Notes under the pieces: model-generated | What the model was told of the DNA's origin: nothing | Database searches by the model: none | Seen by the model: only the letters and a program-made list of their open reading frames with translations | Shown here: positions 54,856-64,000 of the stretch, in pieces | Numbering within the stretch: position 1 is the stretch's first letter | How the letters are laid out: the number at the start of each line of letters is the position of its first letter | Origin: Lytechinus pictus | Taxonomy: Eukaryota | DNA length: 64,000 nt | Assembly: GCF_037042905.1 (NCBI RefSeq) | Contig: NC_087252.1 | Coordinates: 25,174,001-25,238,000, forward strand | Reading direction: 5' to 3' | Translations under genes and position numbers: made by a program

Positions 54856-55982
54856 CTTACTCAAAGCCCGGTATATTTGTATACTAGCACCCATATGGTT
54901 TTTCATTGCACCAACCCATGGGAACAATGTATAGGGTTTGAACCCCAGTGCTAGGTGCAAAACAGTTCTAATTAATTGAGGTTGGCCTAATGTACCCCCC
55001 CCCCCGAAAAACACAATCAGACTGCCTTTCCTCCTAAAGTGTATTTACCCCCTCCCCGAAAAAAATATATTAAAATGACGTCAATGATATTAAAACACCT
55101 ATTAAAATTTCTTTCAGCACTCGTTAGTTTTAAGTTTGGTGTTGTGCTGAGAGGGAAAATGGCAACACACCAACACAAAACGTCAACACCGAACTTGATA
55201 GTAGCCATAATGCCTGTGAACGAATTTGCGGTAAGAGCCTTGGTAACGATGTGCACCCCTTTTCAATGATAGGGAGCAGGAACACACACAAAATGCTGCA
55301 AGTAACTGTGGATCGATTGTTCGATAGATTGATTGATTCATTTACTTATTGGCGGTAAAAATCCTATTCAGCTACTAGTCTTGTTTACAAAGGAGTCGTG
55401 CAAAAAAACAAAAAGACTTAAGGCATACATGAAAGTATCAATTGACATCGAAAGATAATTTCTGGTAACGCAATGAACAAAGAAAATTGAAAATAAGCAA
55501 TTTGGGTGTGTGTAAAGTGGGAACAATATAGGTATTCATTAAATATATGATAAATGTAATCAAAAGTCAACGTTTTTCGGTGTTTTATTGCAATTCTATG
55601 AAGATGATATTACAAGACATCCTTACAATGTTTAACGAAAAAATGCTAATGAAAAATATTATTAGAAAGTCTATCACGCCATGAAGAGAAAAGGGCCAGT
55701 TCCATTCTTCAAATGGAACAAGGGTAGCTCATTTTCTGTTCTTGCAACTTTGATAAGTGTGGTAGTTATCAAACCATGCACATTTAGCGTCCTAAATGGT
55801 TTAAAGTTAACAAAGTTGCACGACGTTTTAAATGCAAAAATGTTATTCACCTTGGAAGGTGCACGGCTGCACCTTTTAGGGCTGAAATGAAAATGGTGAA
55901 CTTTAATAATAATAAATATTTCTGCACCTTTCCAACATAGGGTGCAAGAGAGAGAAAGAAAGAGAGATAAAGAGAGAGAGAG

Positions 55983-56114
55983 CAGGGACCTGGGAACGAT
56001 TTTTCAGTGGGGGTGCTGAAATCTCTCCTCAAAGGTGGGGGCACAATTGAGTTTTCCATTGTTCTTTTATACACACACACACACAACCTCCCACACCCTC
56101 TCACACGCACACCC

Positions 56115-56156
<42 letters not shown>

Positions 56157-58947
56157 CACTTCTTAGCTTTTTTCTCAGAAAAGAACATAGATATAGAATT
56201 AAGTAATTCGAGCGCGAAGCGCGAGCTAATTTTTTTTTTGAAATTTCATGTATTTTTCCTGAAAATTGAACATTTTGAGCAATGTTTGTGGTCCTGAACA
56301 AGATGCGTATGTAACAAATAATAACTGCGAGCGCGATCAGCGCAAGCAGATATTTTTAATATACGCTCTGGCCTGATCGAAAGGATCCTGTTATAAGGAC
56401 TGTTTGCAGTTACCCATGTAGACGATTCATATATCAACAATCAAATAATGCCAGCGCGAAGCGTTAGCTGAAAAATTTGACATTCCGACCTAAATACTGA
56501 ACATTCTAAGCACTTTTTGTAATCATGAACAGGATAGGTATATAACTATATAATTGATGCGAGCGCGAAGCGCGAGCGGAAACAAAATTGAGATTTCAGG
56601 CCTAAAAACGAGACATTCTAAGCACTTTTCTTATCATGAACAGGATAGGTATATAACAATATAATTGATGCGAGCGCGAAGCGCGAGCGGAAATAAGAAT
56701 GAGATTCAGACCTAAAAATGGGACATCTTAAGCACTTTTCTAATCATGAACAAGATAGGTATATAACTATACAATTGATGCGAGCGCAAACAAAATTGAG
56801 ATTTCAGACCTAAAAACGGGACATTCTATTCATGTTTTGTAAATCAAGAAAATTATGGGTAATTGGATATCTTCCTACATTAATCATGTGAGTGCGAATC
56901 GCGAGCAGAAAATTTGTGATAATCTGATCAGAAACTTTATAATTGAAGCACGTACGTTTTAAGGGGTATATACTCCAGACTGAATGCAATATGGTTTGAA
57001 CAGATAAAGAAAAATCAGACGAACAACCATGTAAACTTCAAAATCAAATAACTTAACTATTTGTTATCAGCTGATTTTAATAAAATTTGTTTATTTTGAA
57101 AAAATTGTATTGATAAAATGTATTTGATATATTTTCAGTACCCCCCAAAGCAAGCTGTGTCTCTGAATAAACATGCGTGCGTGTGTTTCTGGGCATTCTA
57201 AATACATTTTTAAAAATAAAATCAGTAATGCGAGCGCGAAGCGCGAGCAGAAAATATTTGATATTCCGATCTAAAAAAGGGTGAATTTAAACACTATTTC
57301 AAGTAATGTGTCTGAAAATTCTAAAGTGGGGGGGGGGGGGGGGGGGAAGTTCCGACGAAACGTAGTTCATTTTCATTACATTTCTGTCATGGACTTGTAC
57401 TTGTTTATACAGAACACGGGGCGGTCAGTCGCGCGCACACTTGGTTCGACATAAAATCTGGAAGTTTCAAATCCATCCACACCCATGTCCCTCCCTTCAA
57501 TCGAGTAGTATGTATGGTTATCACGTATATCGCGCGACCGTAGTGCCGTAGCTTGATTGAGTCGCGTTAAGCCCCTTTCACAATTGACGTACGACCTGTT
57601 TACGACCACCTGCAACAGTTTTTTCTTGTTGTTGCACGATCGATCCCTTGGTGTCTTGCGAGCACTCGGAGTCGTTGTAGACGATCGCACAAACTCGAGG
57701 TGGTCGGAGGTGATCGTGACTGGTCGCATCTGAACTTTGAACATGTTCAAAACCCAAACGCGATCAAATACGATTGATTCACTCGCAACAGGTCGTACCA
57801 TCGGTCGGGCGATCATCGTGTGAGTGTTGTTCAACGTTGTACGACTTGGTGCGAGAGGTGGCACAACTAAGTATAGTCACATTTAGTCGACTGAAGGTCG
57901 TACAACACTTACACATGTGCTGGAGACCTACAGAGACCAGTCTTGCGACTGGGTGCGATAATATGAGACTGTTGCAAGACCGATCGAAATTACGGCTTAC
58001 TACATTCCACTACCGTTGCATTCGCATGTATGCGACCGTTCAGCCCCTTTCACAATTGACGTCCGACCAGTTTACGACCGCCTGCAACAGTTTTTTCTTG
58101 TTGTTGCACGATCGATCTCTTGGTGTCTTGCGAGCACTCGCAGTCGTTGTAGACGGTCGCACGAACTCGAGGTGGTCGTGACTGGTCACATCTGAACTTT
58201 GAACATGTTCAAAATCCGAACGCGATCAAATACGATCGATTCACTCGCATCAGGCCGTACCCGGGGTCGTACCATCGGTCGGGCGATCATCGCGCGAGTG
58301 TTGTTCAACGTTGTACGACTTGGTGCGAGAGGTGGCACAACTAAAGTAGTCGCATTTACTTGACTGGAGGTCGTGCAACACTTGCACATGTGCAAGCGAC
58401 CTACATGTACAGAGACCTGTCTTGCGACTGGTTGCGATACTAATATGGGCCATAAGACTGTTGCAAGACCGATCGCAACGGCTTCCAACATTGCACTACC
58501 GTTTCATTCGCATGTATGCGACCGTTCCACTCGCAATCCCTCGTGCAACACTCGCATGTGATCGCACGAGCACAATAAGAGCATATGCGACTTACTCGTG
58601 CAACGGGGTTTACTGGTTGTTTTTGTTGTACGACAGCTGTTGCAACTGTGAAAGCCTCTGTGCGATCTTATGAGATGACTAGCGATTGATGCCTGTTGCA
58701 GCCTGTCGCACGACCAAAAGGTCGCAAATGGTCGTACGTCAATTGTGAAAGGGGCTTTAGGCATGTTAGGAGGGATATATGTTATTTGAAAGACATCAGT
58801 ACATGATTTGTGATTGTCGGATGTGATAATTACGTACATAATAACATATCTAAAAAAAAATACAGGGGGAACCTAATTTCGTGGGGGTGCTGCCTATGGA
58901 AAATAATACACGCAGCACCCCCAGCACCCCTGCTTCCCAGGTCCCTG
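55983..58947. mobile_element. hAT-like element (CAGGGACCTGGGAA...TTCCCAGGTCCCTG) with internal GCGAGCGCGAAGCGCGAGC tandem subrepeats
   Basis: 14-bp TIR with AGAGAGAG on both sides; ~110-bp subrepeat array at 56200-57300. Confidence 0.8.
57570..58756. mobile_element. PIF/Harbinger-like non-autonomous element with duplicated left half
   Basis: TIR agcccctttcacaattgacgtacgacc with TTA on both sides; second left TIR at 58042. Confidence 0.8.
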
Positions 58948-59094
58948 AGAGAGAGAGAGAGAGGGGAGGTGGAAAAAGGAAAATTGATGAGTGAAGGCAA
59001 GCAAAAAGATCTAAAAAGGTAAAGATATACATTCATATATCACACAAAGCAGGGATAGAGATGAAAAACACAATTAGAAGAAAATTAAACTTAC

Positions 59095-59106
59095 CTTTTC
59101 AGCCAT
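59095..59106 (-). CDS. Putative first coding exon (ATG GCT GAA AAG = MAEK) of the type II membrane SEA-domain gene
   Basis: Minus strand reads aaaATGGCTGAAAAG|GTAAGT, with a good start context and a perfect donor. Phase 0 matches the phase-0 acceptor at 27973 (MAEK-DVKDVDP...). Linkage across a ~31-kb intron is inferred. Confidence 0.5.
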
Positions 59107-59937
59107 TTTCAGACTAGAAATCCCCTTCCAAGAATGGAGATGACTTTATTTATAGATGTCCCGTAAAGTTCGACATCCAAAAGAAACTTCCGAAAAATCT
59201 CACTTTCGAGGAATCGAAACTCAGGGTCAAATAGACGGTCAGTCTCTTTTGAGAAGAACCCTAGGTCAGATACTGTACTCCGGGATGATATCCGCAGAGA
59301 GTATTGCCAGACACTTTATTGGACGCGCCTCTAGACCTATATGATCTTGCTGCTGTATGCTACCATGGACCTGTAGTAGGTCCATGATGCTACTAACCGG
59401 GGTCACGGGGGGCGTATACCCCCGGTTGGTTGCCCCAATACAAAGAAACCTCCAAGTGCATGTTGCTTGCTCGATGCAGCCTTCAGGCAAAAATCAGAGA
59501 CATCAAAATCATAATCATAAAAAATAGTCGCATTATGTGCTCACGTGATGAATCTACTCCATGAAAGCCTAGATTAGAATAAATCGAGCAACAAAGTGTG
59601 GTAAACATCCAATCGCTATCCTGATAATTTTCTCCGTTGAAGGTACCGCAACACCCCTACACAGAGGCATCTGAAACCAAACAGAAGTAGGCCAAAATGA
59701 TGTTTTTGAAGATTCAGGCGAATTTTGGTAGCGGATTTAATATTGTAACAAGGAACCGATTTGATACTGGTCTTCGAGGTTATTAGATGTCCTTGTTTTT
59801 AATTTTTCACTATCTCATCTATTTCTATATTAAAATTGTAATAATAGCATACGCATTGAAATGGCACTAATCACAAACAGAACAAAAACATGTCACATGA
59901 AAAAATATAAGCAATAGTATACAAAATAATGAATGTT

Positions 59938-60381
59938 TATGAGTGCAATGGACAGAATACTTCATGAGGTGAAAGATGAAATGATCAATTCAACGAGGCG
60001 TAGCCGAGTTGAATGGATCATTATTTCATCTTTCACCGAATGATGTATTCTGTCCATTGCACGAATGAAAAAACATTCATTATTTGGTTTATGTGACACC
60101 TAATTTTTTTTTTTTCCATATGAAATTCATGAATTTCGATGCAAAACATGCTCATCCAGTGCGAGTTTGGTCTGTTCATTGTTACGTCATAACATGCACA
60201 CTGCTGGTGCCTGCAGCTGCAGCCTCGGTGCGCGCGTGCAATGGACAAAATCGTATGGATCCAAAATTGCACGATGACTGGATCCAAAATTGCACGGTTG
60301 ATGACGTCATTGCAAAATGGGCTGAATGAACGATATCAAACAACCAATCAAATCACGAGGATCTATCTAGGTGTCATATAA
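59938..60381 (-). mobile_element. Hairpin-bearing non-autonomous element (Crypton-like), copy 1
   Basis: Long terminal hairpin centred on aacgaggcgtagccgagtt, plus internal inverted tgacaccta/taggtgtca; reverse complement of 62856-63311. Family assignment is inferred. Confidence 0.65.
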
Positions 60382-60384
60382 ACA

Positions 60385-62430
60385 ATTTTTTCTTTCTTTT
60401 TTCCTCGTTCAGAGGTACTTTATTCTTCATATTCCTTTCTCATTTTAACTATTTCTTTCGGGGCACAGTGCGTGTAGAGTTACAAAACAAGTAACATATA
60501 AACATGTAATAAACATCAACTATTTAATCTAAAATGTAATAAAGATGACATTTCTTTATAGGGTTAAAGCTCTTTGAACATTTGAATTAGATGAACATTG
60601 GATTTAAATCACCATTTTACAAAAAAAAGTATCTCTTTCTTGAACTCATACCAAATTGAATATATATTAAAAGCTCTTCCTTGCATCTTATACATGACAT
60701 AGGATTTGTATATTGTATACTGTGCAAATATCATAAACAAATTAATCAACGTAAACTTGCGATCGTGAATTTTGTATCCAATGAATAACGTCGTTTCGTT
60801 AATAGGAATTGTCATTTTGAACATGAATTGCAGAGAATTCTTTATCTTTATCCAAAAATTGGCAACAGGATTACATTCTAACATAATATGAACAAAAGTT
60901 TCTTCTGCTTCACAGAACATACAAGATGTGTCATTAGCTAATTTCCAACGACATAAATTGAATTTAAAGGGTAATAAATTGTGAAGCATTTTCAAGTTGT
61001 ATTGTCGAATCTTGTTATACTTTGAATACTTTAGTTTGAAATTTAAAAAATTTTTGCCATTCAAAGTTTACTGGTAATCCTAATTTAGATTGCCAGTATT
61101 GTATAATGTGTGGATCAGATTTTTTTTTTGGTTACAAGTAAAACATAAAAATCTTTTGATTTCATGTTCTTTAAATTTAAAATATCTCCTCCACTAATTT
61201 CAAAAAGATCTTCTGGAAGCTTTGAAGATAAGGTGTCACATTTGTTGGTCCATTCAGCTGGGACAGCTCTTTTTAGCTTTGAATATTCAAACTCGACTAA
61301 AAGTGATTTTCATGCTACTACGGAAGGTTTCCACGCATAATTACGTAATAATTGGTGAACATTGTGGTCGGACCATCTGTTGAAATATAAAAGGTTTCTT
61401 TCAAATTTTATATGACTGTTATACCATAAAATTTCGTGTTTTATACTATTAATATTGTGATATTCAGTCAATAGTATGTCTTACCAAGAGCATAATAGAT
61501 CTGTATAAAAAGGATGGAATTTGCTTTTTCATACATACAATTAACATATCTTTTTTCGAACAATTGAAACGGAGACACAAGGGCATCGGTCCTATCTTTG
61601 CTGTCCAAAATTTAAACAAGTACATCCATGGTTGATCATCGTATTTTAACTATTTTGAAATCCATGAAAGTTTTAATGAAGATAATTTTGAATTTAAGTC
61701 TATCATATCTAATCCTCCTTTATGAAATGAATTAATTTTTTCGAGCCCCAATTAAACGTATACATCATTTTCTCTAATTCACGTGCCAGGTTGTTTGGCA
61801 CGTGTATTACAGTTGCAGGGTAAACAATTTGTGATATTATCAAAGATTTAAGTATTACTATTTTGCCATAATTATATAGTTAAATTTCTCACTTTCCAGA
61901 TGTTCATTATAGATTGAATTTTAACTTATTTTGTATCCCAATTCATTCTTTCTTTTTTACGTTTATCTGTACCTACAAAATTACCAAGGTATTTCACTGG
62001 ATCATTTGTCCATTGTATATCTCTTAAGGTTTCATCTTGAGGGAAGATGGACATTGCATGAGTTTTTGTAAAATTAAGTTTAGGGCCTGCAATTTTTCCA
62101 AATTGCCTTATATCTTCTATCGCAATATTACCCGAATTAACAGAACTCACAAAAATTACTGCATCATCAGCAAGCTGTGATATATTGATTTCTTTTTCTG
62201 AACACTGGGTTCCATTTTCTCCTGGAATAATGATTCCTTCAATATAATCGTTTTGTTTTATTTTCCTTGCCATAACATCATCAATTAATAAAAACAGTAA
62301 GGCTGAGAGTAGGCAGCCTTGTCTTCCACCTTGTTCGATTTTGAAATTTTGTGACATCCAACCGTTATTAATCACTCTTCCAGAAGCATCATTATACAAA
62401 ACTTTAATCCAATTAATATAAATAAAATAA
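60385..62430 (-). mobile_element. 5'-truncated, decayed Tx1/L1-clade LINE (RT + C-terminal zinc knuckle)
   Basis: WIKVLY...GGRQGCLLSALLF...ISQLADD...KYLG RT motifs and CMFC...ETFVHIMLEC; frameshifts and stops between the ORF pieces. Confidence 0.92.
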
Positions 62431-62855
62431 ACACATAAACAAATATAATCAATTTGAAAACAAAGATACACCAACCTTCACGATAACTACATATTTTGCA
62501 TATAAAATCTTGCGGGGTTAAAAAAAGCAATCTAATTGGAAATGTGTCAAATGGTCAAACGCCACGAGGAAGAGGGGAAGATGTTCCCAGTCACTACAAT
62601 AATTTTATCTACAAGAATCATTTTCCACATAAACACCAAATGAACATAAACGCATGAAGTGAGTATCGCGTATGACAGTTGGAGTTAAAGCCCTAGTAAT
62701 AAGTAATAACTATATATAAAGTGACACACCTGTAATTATTTCCTCATAGAAACATGTGCTGTATTATGAATCAGCTAAGAAAAAAGATAATCATCTGAAT
62801 ACACTGTTGAATTGAGCATTTTAACAGTGTGAACAATATTTTCACATAGTCCACA

Positions 62856-63311
62856 TTATATGACACCTAGATAGATCCTTGTGATTTGATTGGTTGTTTG
62901 ATATCGTTCATTCAGCCCATTTTGCAATGACGTCATCAACCGTGCAATTTTGGATCCATTCATCGTGCAATTTTGGATCCATACGATTTTGTCCATTGCA
63001 CTCGCGCACCGAGACTGCAGCTGCAGCTCATGCATGCACCATCAGTGCGCATGTTGTAATGACGTAACAATCAACAGACCGAATTCGCATTGCATGAGCA
63101 TGTTTTGCATCGAAATTCATAAATTTCTTATGAAATTTTTTTTTTAGGTGTCATATAAACCAAATAATGAATGTTTGATAATTCGTGCAATGGACAGAAT
63201 ACTTAATTCGGTGAAAGATGAAATATAATGATCCATTCAACTCGGCTACGCCTCGTTGAATGGATCATTTCATCTTTCACCTCATGAAGTATTCTGTCCA
63301 TTGCACTCATA
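62856..63311 (+). mobile_element. Hairpin-bearing non-autonomous element (Crypton-like), copy 2
   Basis: tatatgacaccta...taggtgtcatata, then a hairpin around aactcggctacgcctcgtt. Confidence 0.65.
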
Positions 63312-63699
63312 TACATAAAAGAAATCTGGCAAACTGTTTCCACTTTGAAGGAAATTTCCCGAAATTGGGAAATCCTGATAATCTTCAGGTCATTTTTGGG
63401 AAATGTGAAAATTTGAGGAAATTCCGAGAAATCAGAAAATTACAATTAAACTACAATTAAACGTAGCAACTTTTAATATTCATGCTAAATTTAAAGAATT
63501 GTTTGCCTCATGTGTAGCTCAAAATGTTCTGCTCGCACTCCGCATGCGCATTTTGTAATTTTGTTGCTATTTTTAAAAAGTGCATTGAATATAAAAGGTT
63601 AAATTCCTTGATTTTGGTCACTTGGACCAAATTCAGGCTTGCTTTGTTATTGTCCAATTTTTGTTGAAAAAATACATTTTTATTAATCAGCTGCATCAA

Positions 63700-64000
63700 A
63701 TTAACAAACTTGGGAATGAGTTGGTCGAATGAATAGTCTGTCTTCTTGTTACATGCTTTGATTGAATTGAATGATATCCTATTACATAATATTCATAATA
63801 ATAATTTCCATTCATTCGGTATCTTTCTTGATTTTTCAGAAGCATTTGATTTGACTGACCATAACAATCTTTTGTATAAATGGCCATATTTTGGAAATTC
63901 GTGGTGTAGCCCTTCAGTTGTTTCATAGTTATTTATCGAATAGGAAACAATACACAACCTTCAATAATAATGACTCGTCTTTTTCCAATGTTGAATGCGG
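63700..64000 (+). mobile_element. Decayed CR1/L2-group LINE RT fragment
   Basis: HALIELND...GIFLDFSEAFDLTDHNNLL corresponds to the GIFLDLSKAFDTVDH RT motif. Confidence 0.85.

Noticed and set aside
57376..58839. Cluster of 60-160 aa ORFs
   Set aside because: They lie within the GC-rich Harbinger-like MITE and its duplication; no transposase motifs

Overview
AT-rich, repeat-dense animal genomic DNA; the repeat families suggest an echinoid (sea urchin), which is an inference. Most six-frame ORFs are spurious. The main host feature is one spliced minus-strand gene, which I reconstructed from GT-AG exons with consistent phases. It encodes a type II membrane protein: a putative 'MAEK' start exon at ~59.1 kb, a cytoplasmic tail plus TM exon at 27.7-28.0 kb, Pro/Thr-rich stem exons, and two tandem SEA-domain modules with the same 6-exon architecture and intact G^S(I/V)VV autoproteolysis motifs. 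The gene runs off the left edge. Its introns hold many nested transposons: Kolobok-like, hAT, Harbinger, Tc1/pogo, Helentron-type and Crypton-like elements, SINEs, and Tx1/L1, CR1 and L2 fragments. Three observations stand out. (1) A 2,012-bp Transib-family element has V(D)J RSS-like ends (CACAGTG + 22-nt spacer + GCCAAAAC(C/T)), a perfect 5-bp TSD and a residual transposase exon, and is nested in a 4.4-kb foldback element. (2) Three tiny CATGGACC...ATG remnants with 7-bp TSDs look like P-element excision scars. (3) An orphan 'MGCGFS' (myristoyl/palmitoyl-type) first exon lies between the two SEA modules, bracketed by an inverted pair of MITEs.
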